Source: Catajapyx aquilonaris
Lineage: Eukaryota
NCBI GenBank assembly: GCA_000934665.2
Contig: KZ538698.1
Location: 1-64,000 of the forward strand
Direction: 5' to 3'
DNA: 64,000 nucleotides
In this document: piece after piece, positions 1-12,300 of the stretch
How positions within the stretch are numbered: the first letter of the stretch is position 1
Layout: every line of letters begins with the position of its first letter
Notes under the pieces: generated by a model
The model's input: only the letters and a program-made list of their open reading frames with translations
What the model was told of the DNA's origin: nothing
The model's database searches: none
Made by a program: the position numbers and the translations under genes

Positions 1-427
1 TTCATCCAGGGTTGTTGGCATCGGTGGCACGTACACAGCATCCTTAACGTACCCCCAAAGGAAGAAGTCGCATGGCGTCAAATCCGGCGACCTTGGGGGC
101 CAGCAGGAAAGCGCCAAGTCTTGCAGGTGCGACCTATCCAACGACGAAGGAGCACATTGTTCAGAAACTGGCGAACATCTGAATGCCAGTGCATTGTTAC
201 TGCGGTTGAGTCAGTGACAATGGACATGCTGGCACGAGTATGGGAGGAATTGCACTATCGGATCGACGTTTCTCGAGTGACCAAGGGAAATCATATAGAA
301 CATCTATAAGGTATGAAAAAAACTTTAAAACCTCCTCTTTCATTTGGTGTATAACACGTTCATGTACGGTTGATAGGTACGGAGCTATATGCATTTGTAA
401 TTATACTATTCATTTGTAATCACCCTG
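1..427. mobile_element. Tc1/mariner (maT-like) transposon relic, 3' part, with an internal inversion
   Basis: Minus strand 1-190 encodes HWHSDVRQFLN...WPPRSPDLTPCDFFLWGYVKDAVYVPPMPTTLDE. Plus strand 191-309 encodes the C-terminus IVTAVESVTMDMLARVWEELHYRIDV...HIEHL*. Right end TTGTAATCACCCTG is followed by TA. Confidence 0.85.
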
Positions 428-2160
428 TACTGTATATAATATAATTATACTCTTGGACAGTAAAATGTACCCCACAAAACAATTGCTCAAAAGTGTTGTA
501 CATGTATACATCGTGTTACAGTATATACTCCGTCTAGCAACATATCAACGCAGAAAATACAATCATGCTTTTTTTCTCGAATATTATTGTATTTCCAGAA
601 ATAGCAGTTTTTGCCATCAGGGCAGACGTTTTTGAAGAGGCTGCAGATTCCGCCATTAGGATGAAAACAGTCAGTTGCTGGTGCATAACATTTTGGCGGA
701 ACATAACGCATAATTTTGTCAAACTCAGTCCAATAAGGTGCCCTAATATCGTACAGAACATGAATAATCTGGTGGAAATTGACGAGAATGAGTAGCCCTG
801 CAACCACCTTTATCATAAAACCACCTTTCACGCTGCCAGAAGAGCCAAAAATCTAACCCAAACATAGGAAAAGCAAGAATCAGGTAAAACACTACTCGTG
901 ATATTAACATGAATTAAAGGAATGCAAGAAATAAAAATGTAAGGTGAGCGCTAGATGATATGATTTAAGGAGAAATAATTACAGTCAGTTGGGGAAACTG
1001 AGCAAGTTAAAATAAAACCGCAAAAAACTGGAAAAAATGTGCTTAATATCGAGTACTATCCCGTATTAAGCTACCACTTTTCTTGGGCAGGGGAATTGGT
1101 TGGCCTATCGATCGGTTCATTAAAACGAACCGTCCCTCATTCCAAACATTTGCAGTTTGTTATTCATTGTTGGCAACAATGTTGACATGTCTGGAATGAG
1201 GTACCGTGCAGGTCGTGCTATCGGATAGTCTGATAAGCCATCCATAGTTTCTCCATCCTAACATTACTTTTACATCCTTTCATATTTTTCATGTGTATCT
1301 TCCACAACGAAGTTACATTTATCTGTATTCCTCTGCAGAAGTTAGTTAAGACCATAATCTAAGTCATCGCATTCATTAACCAAAATTTTTCAATTGTTTT
1401 CTGGTTTTAAAATGTATCATAATTATAGTATTATGGCACTTTTCTCAATATTAACATCTCACCTACCCCGAATTATGTGATATTACTCAAGCGTCCATCA
1501 TTAATAATAATGATTATTAGGTTTAATAGTGACATTTTATACACAAGTAAGACTGCGGATTGAAATTATTCCTTTCCTCCAGGCCACACTAGGAACTTTA
1601 AGGATTGTAACACAAGACGCAGTTATAAATCTCCGCGATTTACGTTATTTGCCACAACGATTAGGCCCATCCTTTATAACTTTTTGAACAGAAACGCCAT
1701 CTGGCACTCCCTCGTTCGGACTTTCAGCCCTATTGTTCAGCAGTTTTAAAATATATGATCAGAAATGGAAATATAGTTGCAAATATACCGGTAATGTCAG
1801 ATATTCGTGGATAGTACAGTAAGTTATAATATAAATACGACTCTGCTCAAATAATGAATGCAGATTTTAAACAAAGTAAAACAGTGAATCTGCACGAAGT
1901 AGAACTTTTTGTTAGGAAATATCTGGTGACCTCTGGCTTGGGGCCCTGAAAACTTTATATGGCTGGGTGGTGGTGGGAAAGCTACGTAATTTTTTCTCTG
2001 TCCTGAATTTTTTTGAGACATTATAAGGCAAAATTACCCTGGTTGATTCTATTGGTCTATTTAGAATATTCATTAAAAGATAATGGCATTTTAAGGCTAC
2101 AAACAGACGTATAATGGTGGTCATCAGGCGACCCTTGTATAGTGCGTTATCACGGGTCTT

Positions 2161-2486
2161 GGGGAGGCGGAGTGGTGCTGCGGTAACGTATGCGCCCACG
2201 GATGTTAAGGTCCCGGGTTCGATCCCAACCCGGGGACACCCCCTTCATCTCGTGCAGAGTTCAGGGTCACCTCTGGCTTCGTCTCGGGTGGTATTTCCAA
2301 CAGACTAAACCACCCAGGGGAGTTCACTAAGAATGGCCACAGCGTCAGATGCACTGCACCTTGCACATCCCCTCCTGTCATCCTGCCCGTGGGCCCGGGC
2401 GTTACGTATAAAGGCTCCAAATGTACTTGACATAATAAATAAAGGTCCGTGCTGCATACCTCAGATGAGGTCAAGCACTACCCCGG

Positions 2487-2560
<74 letters not shown>

Positions 2561-2585
2561 CATCATCATCATCATCATCATCATC
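2161..2585 (+). mobile_element. tRNA-derived SINE (family A) with (TTA)n(TCA)n tail
   Basis: GGGG start, B box GGTTCGATCCC, near-identical to 61242-61648; ATCACGGGT occurs on both sides. Confidence 0.85.
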
Positions 2586-2614
2586 ACGGGTGGCCCTCCA
2601 ATGGGGTATAATAA

Positions 2615-3108
2615 ATCCCACCAAAAACCTTTCTGTAAAACAAGGCCAAGTTCTCCTGACTGCTTGGCCGTCAAAAGTGGTGAGATCTGAAATACGGCCA
2701 AGTTCAACGTCGTACCGGTACTCATTACTGGCATTCTCAACTTATTCAACCTAAACCACTAACTTTATTTTTCCAGGTCGACCTTAAGTTTAATGATCAA
2801 AAAATTTTAAATGAATTTCTCCTCATGTCACTTGGCCATTGCTCATGCCCGAGGAATTGTTGAATTCTGCAACTCTTTCAATGTTTTAAGAGCAATGGCC
2901 AAGTGACATCAGGAGAAATTCCATTAAAATTTTTTGATGATTATAATCGACCTGGAAAAATAAAGTTAGTGGTTTAGGTTGAAGAAGTTGAGAATGCCAG
3001 TAATTGACAACGACGTTGAACTTGGCCGTATTTCAGATCTCACCACTTTTGACGGCCAAGCAGTCAGGAGAACTTGACCTTTTCTTACAGAAAGGTTTTT
3101 GGTGGGAT
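2615..3108. mobile_element. Foldback MITE (arms ~230 bp, short spacer)
   Basis: ATCCCACCAAAAACCTTTCTGTAA... is mirrored by ...TTACAGAAAGGTTTTTGGTGGGAT; the arms pair nearly to the centre. Confidence 0.8.
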
Positions 3109-3595
3109 CTCACCTCTTTTTGTAGGCAGGACTGTAGGATAATGATAATAAAGCTCGGGGAGCCCCCTACGGTTGGGCGTGGAAGCAATGGTCCGTTAAA
3201 TATTCCAAATAAGGTAATGAATAACTTAGAGCAAAATGTGTAGGTTATATACGAAAGTATGTAAAACTCTATCTTTTCCTCTGAATAGGTATGATTTTCT
3301 TCTGCTTTCTCATATTACGCTTCCTTTTTTCTGTTCTGGTTGTGCGAATTGGACATCTGCTACACCTGATCTCATAGCCCATTCGCGATCCTTAACCACG
3401 TCTGTCGATGCCTTATTAGCCCTTTTGAGTATGGATAAGTCTGGTCGATAAATAGATCTCAATCTATCGTACTCCAGAATAGCTGACTCTTGAGCCTTGA
3501 TGTTAGTAAAGGAGGCATTGATGAAACGCACTCCGTTGAGACTTTTAACTCTGGAAAGGTTTTGTATTTATAATTATGTATTTATATAGGTATTT

Positions 3596-3913
3596 TTTAA
3601 ATGATACCCCGTGATAGGGCCCTAGGCCCTCTTAGGCTTACCACCATCTGGGAGTGGAACCATACTAAGATAGTATTGAATTGATTCCAAGGGTAGGTAG
3701 GAGGGGATGTGCAAAGTGCAAGTGCAATGTCGTTATATGGTCATTTTGTGAACTCCCCCGGGTGGATTAGTCTAGCAGACATTTCCACCCGAAACGAAGC
3801 CAGAGATGGCCCAACTCTGCACGGATAAAGGTGGGAACCCCGGGTGGGGACCGAACCCGGGACCTTAATATCCTTGGGCGCGTGTGTTACCGCAGCACCA
3901 CTTCGTCATCCTG
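3596..3913 (-). mobile_element. tRNA-derived SINE (family A head/core, CACGGGGTA-type tail)
   Basis: Reverse complement of the head/core seen at 13658; TSD ATTTATATAGGTATTT at 3580-3595, with the right copy split by the 3924-5870 element. Confidence 0.8.
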
Positions 3914-3923
3914 ATTTATATAG

Positions 3924-5870
3924 GAGGCATTCCACGTCAACTGGACCCCCCTCCCCGACAAATCTTTTCCGATTTCGACCAAAACTGAGTATGTTGTAGT
4001 ACCCATGTATCTATGCAAGTGCCTCATTTTGTTTGTCCCTGCGACTCGTGGTTGCATAACTACAGGGTGGGAAAGATACGGATATTTGCCAATTTTGGCT
4101 CGGTCCGCCATCAGTTGGAGGGCCATAACTTCGCAAGATTGTAACATATCCGAAATGTGATTAATGGGACTGTAAGCTGTTTCAACACCCCTTCAGGTGG
4201 TGGAACACATATGTGTGAAAAAGCAGCATTTCGAATTAAAGATGGCGTCCAAATGTTAGATTTGCATTTTCCCCATCGATGGACATTTTTTTAAAATTTT
4301 TGAATTGCGCTTAAAATGAAGATTGAAATGTTATATTGAGATGTAGGCAAAATCTGGATGGACGATTTTTGATTTTAATTGATTGGACACATTTTTATAA
4401 GGCCCAGCGCTGTCGCCCTGCAATTATTTTGCTTCCAGTGCACAGTGTAGTGGTTGATTGTGGATTTGTGCAATACTGATGGTGACCTGTGTGGCATTCC
4501 AGTTTTACTTTAGGAACATCACCTGGGGACAGCCTTGAGACAGGTCGCTGCCCATCAAAAATCCCGAAAAACTCCTAAATTCCCTGAGGCATTTGAGGTG
4601 CATGATTAGAGGGGACTCCGGCCTAGCAGCCAGAAATAGAGTACGTTTACATGGGACTAAAAATCGGCCTGATCCAGGCTTCCTAAGCAAGGCCTATCTA
4701 CGCAAAGCCTGCTCCCACTTTTGCCACTGCTACATGGGACTGACTATACCGGGCACTACATGGGACCGAGGGGGTGAGACGCCCGAAAATAGTCCCTACC
4801 ATGCCGGACCATACTCCGCTCCTCACAGCAAAATGTGCAATATGTGTAGCTCTGCAGCTACCGCATGGGCTGCCCGTGATAATTAGGCAGTTGAATTACA
4901 TGTACCAGCATCGTTTATTCTAGAAAGCCACAGATACGGGGGGACTATTTTCGCGGCCGGTAGTCCACTCAGAAGCAAGTCCTGGGCTGTCCCCTAGCAG
5001 CCAATCACCGCCATCGCCTTAGGTAGACCGACAACGGATCAGATAAGGCCGGTCTATCGTATAGGCCCAGCGGCTACATGGGAGTAAACCGGTTCGCCGA
5101 GCACAGGCGGCCGTAGCTAGGCCGATTTTTAGTCCCATGTAAACGTACTCACTAGTCCATCCTTTTCTTAGGCAGGACTCCCTTCTAAACATGCACCGCA
5201 AATGCCTGAGGGAATTTAGGAGTTTTTCGGGATTTTTGATGGGCAGCGACCTGTCTCAAGGCTGTCCCCAGGTGATGTTCCTAAAGTAAAACTGGAATGC
5301 CACACAGGTCACCATCAGTATTGCACAAATCCACAATCAACCACTACACTGTGCACTGGAAGCAAAATAATTGCAGGGCGACAGCGCTGGGCCTTATAAA
5401 AATGTGTCCAATCAATTAAAATCAAAAATCGTCCATCCAGATTTTGCCTACATCTCAATATAACATTTCAATCTTCATTTTAAGCGCAATTCAAAAATGT
5501 TTAAAAAATGTCCATCGATGGGGAAAATGCAAATCTAACATTTGGACGCCATCTTTAATTCGAAATGCTGCTTTTTCACACATATGTGTTCCACCACCTG
5601 AAGGGGTGTTGAAACAGCTTACAGTCCCATTAATCACATTTCGGATATGTTACAATCTTGCGAAGTTATGGCCCTCCAACTGATGGCGGACCGAGCCAAA
5701 ATTGGCAAATATCCGTATCTTTCCCACCCTGTAGTTATGCAACCACGAGTCGCAGGGATAAACAAAATGAGGCACTTGCATAGATACATGGGTACTACAA
5801 CATACTCGGTTTTGGTCGAAATCGGAAAAGATTTGTCGGGGAGGGGGGTCCAGTTGACGTGGAATGCCTC
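3924..5870. mobile_element. Non-autonomous long-TIR DNA transposon, Sola-like
   Basis: ~750-bp near-identical TIRs (GAGGCATTCCACGTCAACTGG...CCAGTTGACGTGGAATGCCTC); 4-bp TSD ATAG at 3920-3923 and 5871-5874; no transposase ORF inside. Confidence 0.85.
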
Positions 5871-5896
5871 ATAGGTATTTATAATTAATTTAATTT

Positions 5897-6120
5897 CCGT
5901 CCCCGTCACCTCTGCTTGGCCGGGTCTTTTTCCTCTTTTCACCCGACACGCCGGGGCAGGATTGTACTCCCTTAGCTGCCCGGGCCCAGAGAAAAGGTCT
6001 GGTGTATCTGAGAGAGTCGTGAGTGACTATAAACCGAGGATGTCCCCCCTTGGGAACCTTCCCTTCCCCCCAAAACGAGCCGAACGGCTCGAGCACGGGG
6101 TAATAATAATAAATAATATT
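5897..6120 (+). mobile_element. 5'-truncated retroposon 3' end (candidate partner-LINE tail)
   Basis: Ends in hairpin CGAGCC-GAAC-GGCTCG, then AGCACGGGG(TAA)n; flanked by TAATTTAATTT repeats; no tRNA head. Confidence 0.55.
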
Positions 6121-6399
6121 TAATTTAATTTATATAGGTATTTATAGGTATGGAAAATTTTGCATTTGTATTTGTATTTTACTAATTTTAGGTATTTAGG
6201 TATTTGTATTTGTATGAAATGCAGTCACAGCTTCAGTCACATAGCTAGCGGTATGCAGGAGGGGGGGGGGNGAGGGGGTGAGGAGATGAGAACGTGGGGA
6301 AGGCAGGAGGAGCACCAGCATAACTGATGGAAATTCGAAGGAAAAAGTAATCAGTGGTAAAAATGCCGCATCTGGTAAGCAGCAGCAGACTTCGTGAAA

Positions 6400-6837
6400 A
6401 TATTTTTTTTTTTAGCATCTAGACTCGAAAAAGTGCCGTTTTCAGATTTATTCTGATGTTTGTTTGACAAGCTCTACCAGCATACCAAATTTCAGCATCC
6501 TAGGACCACTGGAAGTTCCGTATAATTTTGATGATCAGTGAGTGAGTGAGTGAGTCAGTCAGTCAGTCAGTCAGTCAGTCAGTCAGTCAGTCAGTGTCAT
6601 ATTTTGGCCGTTTCGGGAGTTTTTAGGATTTTTAAAGTCGGAAATGAAAAGAGATATGAACATGGAGGTAAGGGGGTATTATTTGTAATCGATTATTATC
6701 TACCCAAATAAAAATTTCGAAGCCACCTATGTTCACCAGTGCGAAGATTCGAGGGGGTCAAAATGACGTGAGTTGTCTCGGGTAAAGGTGGTCCGGCAGT
6801 GCGGCGAGAACTTGGCGGGGGCACTGCCGTGCCCCCT
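6400..6837 (-). mobile_element. Helentron/DINE-1-like non-autonomous element
   Basis: Terminal GC hairpin GGGGCAC-TGCC-GTGCCCC, internal IR CGGCAGTGC/GCACTGCCG, internal (GAGT)n(CAGT)n microsatellite, CCAAATTTCAG motif. Left boundary approximate. Confidence 0.6.
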
Positions 6838-6839
6838 AA

Positions 6840-6874
<35 letters not shown>

Positions 6875-8074
6875 ATATCACGGGTCTTTTAACTGGCCTT
6901 CCATAAAATAATGTGTCATAATAGATAAAATGACTTCAGTCGGAACTTTCAAAAACCGGTGAGTAGGCCCTATAACTACTAGTATGCATTTATAATTGCC
7001 CTGAACTTAGAAAACTTGTTTATACGAAACTGCAAAATAATAGGCTAACTCTTTTAGCTAGTAACTAATAGAGTAATAGGCACCACGAGTTACCTCTGAG
7101 GAAAAGCATAGTCGACTGGAGCACACCTTCACTCATCCCCTATCTATGGCGTCCGTATGCTTCCCTTTGGCTATAATGTCGGGTCACCGTGACCAGAATT
7201 GTTTATGCGAGTACAATGTTGGTTCCTTCAACTCATGGCTATATCCGGAAATATGATGTAACCTCCCAGGATTTTAATCCTCCTCCAACAATCCCAAACA
7301 CTCATTTCTTGCCTTACTGTTAGATTCGGATCTAGACTGATGATAAGACACACGGCCGTATTTTACTGCCTTGAGCGATATGGATTCTTGAAAGACTGAA
7401 AATGCACCCTAGGGTGCCAAATGTTCCTGCATTTGTCATATTTCACAGGTGACATTCTTTCGTTTGAGCCCTGTCCTGAGTTTTTGCACCTTAAAGGGGC
7501 TTTTTCATCCCCATATCTTGACAACTTGGCTCGTGCAGGTGTATATGTGTGCTTTTTAGTTGTATATATTAATCATTATGATGACGAAACATTTGTGTCT
7601 TGTACACTGGGAGAATAACTACTGAAACCCCTGTACAATTGAAAAATAATACTAATGAGCACGACTTCAAGAAATTCACATAAAATTTAATAGTGCAATT
7701 TTATTAACCATAACCTACGACTGTAAAATGTTCTAACGTATGGTAATGTAGACAATGAAAATATCAGTAAATTCACATTTTCCTCACAAATTAACACCCT
7801 CTGCATACGAAAAACATTGCCCCACTTTTTGTAATACCAAGCACATAAAATGACACCGTCTCCCTTTATTAGATTACAGTGCTTAGATTTAGTTTACAAT
7901 ATATTATCCTCACTCTCTGTATATCACGACAAACATTTTTGCTCCACTTTTCATGCCCCGAAATGGTCCTGTACACTGACAGTCCTTCAGAAAGAAAGGC
8001 CATTGAATATACAAGCCAGCTTCACTTTGCTTAATGGAATCAACGCCTGACTACACGACGCAATGATATATCGG

Positions 8075-9327
8075 TTAATTACATGGAGTGAGGCCAAATG
8101 GTGAAGGAGCTGGAGCATCGCACGCTGTTGAGTAAGCTTCGAAGTTTGGGTCTACGACTATCCGGGCATATTCTGTAATTAGGGCATGTAATTGACTATA
8201 TTGCCGAGTGGGAGCCAAGAGGTGTAGATTTCTCTGTAGTCTTACACCTGAGCTCCGACCATTTTTGATGAGGTTTGCATTAAACCTTTCCAATCCAATA
8301 CTCTATTCGCAAGGGACAAAAACAGGGCGTTTGCTTGCAGCGCAGTTAATTGAAGTAATTGGGGGAATAAGTACTTTCGCAGTAATTGTGAAAAAGTTGC
8401 TATGCGTCTAATACGCTATAATCCAATCCCTGGAATTAACAAAATTAAATCTGTGTTAAGCGTCACAAATGTAAAGGGTGCAAAAATCGTGTTATTTTAG
8501 TTGATTTTGTTTATTTAGCCAGTGGGGTTATTCCCTCATGGAAAGACCGTTGCGCTTTTCGTATACATAATACAGTAGTCCACCTCAATGCAGATGGTAT
8601 GCAAGTGTCAGCATGTGTGTGGGCTGAAATATTCCAGAAATTAAATTAAAACTTATATTGATTGCCTAACTGTTAATGTATAAATGTTCCTATTTCTGGA
8701 ATATGGGTTATTCATAATTATGTCCTTCATATCCTATATATACTCCTGAGACTTCATTTGAGCTCTATTTTTAACCTAAAAATAATTGCTATACCTTTAC
8801 TCACATTTTTCATGTCCAGTAAATTTGTGACGTTTCCCTCAGCCACAATTATTACACAATAAATAATAATGAAATTCAATAGCGTGTTCCTGGTCAGTAT
8901 TGCAATCCCCATATTGACTGTTTTCCAACATGCAGCCCATTTTTATAGCACACTCCAGCTCCACCTAATTTCACTGCAAGGAGGAAGGTTTTTTTTGCCA
9001 GCAACGTACGGGGAAGGTTATTGATGCCCTCCACAAATCCATTTTCGGAACGCGGCACCGCAGCAGCTGGACCACCTGCCCAATCAGCGGGGTGTTGATG
9101 GAAACCGTCCTTTGGGACATGGAAGGAATAAGCATATACTGTATTTCTCCTTCACTCTTTGGCCGAATAGGTCCAATAATACCGGCACGTCTCAGAGAAG
9201 GCAATGAATACACATGTATGAAGCTGACGAAATTGGCTTCTGACACTCCAAGATGTGCTCGTGATGCTCCAATCAGCTTCAGTATATCCTTCGTGATTTG
9301 AAATAATGGCTTTGTGCACCACTCAAT
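8075..9327 (-). CDS. Candidate last two exons (9327-9010, 8302-8075) of an unidentified gene
   Basis: Two open frames join in phase 0 through CCC|GTACGT and TTGCGAATAG|AGT; the peptide looks protein-like; no family recognised and upstream exons not found. Confidence 0.35.
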
Positions 9328-12300
9328 CTACTCCATGAACTGTAGTACATAACGAATGTCGTACGGTACTTAAGTTCGAGTGGTATAAATAGTGCTAATG
9401 ACTCATCAGCACTCTCTCTATTAATCACCAATCAAAACCAAATTAACCTAATCGTCTGATCATGCCATCATTCATGTTGAATATTAATACACGCATATAT
9501 ATGATCGCAAAACAAGTGCAATTTGTACCATCCTGCGTACTGTGATACCATTAAGGAGATGATGCTATATTAACTTTTTTTAACCATTTTATGTAGCTTT
9601 TTTGGAAGAGACGGTCGCCCCGGATATTATCGCCGGTAATGCGTTTCGCAATCACAGCGCCCCCCCAGTTCTTGATCCCTCCAATCATTTCTCATCATTA
9701 GCGTGTTGCTAACAGCGGGAAAAAATGCAGGCTTACATCATTTTCCAAAATTCATTCCAGAGATAAGAAGCTGAGAGCAAATAAATTCCGCGAAATTAAA
9801 CCCGTAGCATCTCCATTATATAGATACGAGTCTTACATCTTTGCTCAAATCATTTTGTACTAGTTCAATCAGTGTGGCAAAAGAGGCATGGATAAAAAAT
9901 AGTTTGACACTTAATTCAATTAAAGCGCTTATGTGCGATTCTAGGCTAGGTTAAAACCCATCTAATTGGCTGCAATCTTCTGAAAATGACAGTGGGGGCA
10001 GGAGGAGATGGGTGGGTGGGGGACCGGGGAGGAAATCAATAACCATTCCCTTTAGGATGTTGGCGATATGGATCTTTTGCCATATTAAGGCGCAGATAAA
10101 AATAATAGGGGGCTTGGGGACATGGTTGCAAGAAGCGTCAGATGTCAAAGGTTTTTGAAAAGATTAAACTTATACTTTAAAGTGAACTTATTTGTCTTTT
10201 TTGTACAGTATATATATTTTAGTAGCTGGACTGTTTGACTTCTTCATTTGCCGCCCATTTTCACGACATTCCATGTATACTTTACAAAGTGAATGAAAAC
10301 CTGACTCGGCTTGCCGACTGATAGAACGTCAAATAATATTATAGTAGAGAACATCGGAAATAGACTCGAAAATATAGGATTCTACAACTTGTATTTGTAT
10401 TGAGTCGGTGTCTGTTTCCACGAACTGAGTGCAGACAGACACTGAGGGAAAAAAGGACATAAAAAAAAGAGTCCGGTGAAAAGTTGAACCGAATCGAAAA
10501 CCGGTGTGTATCCCTCATCCCTTGATCGAAGCTTTTCCGAATGTGTACCTACCCAATTATCCCCTGCCGTCCTCTTTGTAATGGAAACAGGATTATTCCC
10601 GGAGAACATCCGGGAAAGAGAAAAGCAAAGGCAAGGCTCTTCCCCCCCCCCTCCCCCCTCCCCCCGCAGAGGATTTACTCGCTTTCACTGGAAGGAGTAG
10701 GAGGAAAGCCTGGAAAAACTCATTAGAAATCCTCAACCACATGATCCACACCTGATAATAAATTTAAAGCAGCGCCTCTTTTTCATATCGAGTAAAGGGT
10801 CGAGTTGAGCCTGGAGTATACCTGAATTGGGGTTGAATATTTACAATTAAATTCATGGAAGGTCGTACTGGATAGCCTCTCATAAATGGGAATATGCCGT
10901 TATGGATATGATTGTAGCACTCTCTGTATGATACAAGTGAAGAATTCATTCTGTATAAGTGCGTTTGACTGGGTGAAGAACACTCGGTTGAAAATTTCAG
11001 TGACAGTACCGTTGCATTGCCGTCTGCATGTACGCAGTATTTAAAAATAAATCGCAATCAGCAAGTCATAAAACTTTGCTGATAGCATATGGTACAGTAT
11101 CATGTCAATACACCGGTATTGTATGATAGAAATTAAATAATTCTTTTGGCATCTGTCTGTTGTGATATCGTTCAAGTAACATTTCTAAAGAATACTATAA
11201 CATTTTAAAATAATTTGGCTAGTAGGTCACTGTTCCGTACATAATTTATTGCAGCCTTTCATTTTAAACAATACTAATTAAAAATGACATGGTGCAATAT
11301 TGCACGAAACAGTGAGTCAGTGACCTATACTAGACTATTTCTGATTTCTTTAATGTGGAAATAATTTTATTAGCACAATGTGGTGGGCTGTTCACATTTC
11401 AGATTTCCAATATCAGTGTCTCCATGTATCATAACACTGTTTTCTGTCAACTTAGTGTCTAAAGTAATTATGAAAATGGCTTCACATTAATATCGGCAGT
11501 GTGGTACAAAATAATTATCGCAATATGCGTTCATGTCGACACAGAGGCAAGTGGTACTCAAACAGCTATATTCCCTGCCAAATCTGACAAAGTGTTATTT
11601 ACTTTTCTCCTATATAATTATGCGAATGGTGAGAGTAATGATTTTGAAGCACGTTCAAAAATGCCAGGAGCGTTTGTATTGACGCCGACTGAACTGAATT
11701 GCATCATAATGATTGTATCCAGATTTCATACATCACCACTTGAATCATCGAGGTCATCCAGTAAGGACATCGAACTTTTCATTAAAGAAAACCAGGTAAG
11801 CTGTTATTTCGTGCAGATGTCGTTGCTTCATAGTGAAAAATACTAAGAAGCTGCAAAACATTATGCAGCATAAAAAGATGGTGTCATATATTGAGATGTG
11901 GTGTATTTGTGTTAACGAATATTTACTGTAGCTACTTGAATCTAAGTAAGTCGCATCCCTATAGTTTTAATCAGTCAAAGTTTGGAAAAGAAGATTATGC
12001 TTTGTATCTGATTCTGTATCTTTAAAGAAAAAAAGTGCGTCTTAAATTCGAGTAAATTATTGTATTTAAAAATCAATATTAAGCATATGATTAATTAACG
12101 GCAATCTACATATCGGTTTCACATTGCTTTAATCGCATAACTTTATATCTGTGATAAATATACAATATGAGAACGTTACAACACACTAGCATTCTACAAG
12201 ACTAGCGCTGCCATATTGCGTGATTTTAAATGCTTCAATAACAAAGTTCAGCATTTAAAAACTGTTTTTCGAACTTCTTTTATGCGTATTATACTCTGCT

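Noticed and set aside
487..831. 114-aa Cys-rich minus-strand ORF with a possible acceptor
   Set aside because: No recognisable family and no joinable partner exon; cannot be told apart from a chance ORF.
2333..2754. ORFs with poly-Y/H, poly-L/S, poly-I (also 13892, 21257, 27273, 50336, 52951, 61120)
   Set aside because: Translations of microsatellites and SINE tails.
3887..5874. Pair of near-identical ORFs MLQSCEVMALQ... on opposite strands
   Set aside because: Mirror images within the TIRs of one transposon; no transposase motifs.
11499..11846. Plus-strand ORF with two exon-like segments
   Set aside because: Splice signals exist but the reading frame is ambiguous and no family is recognised.
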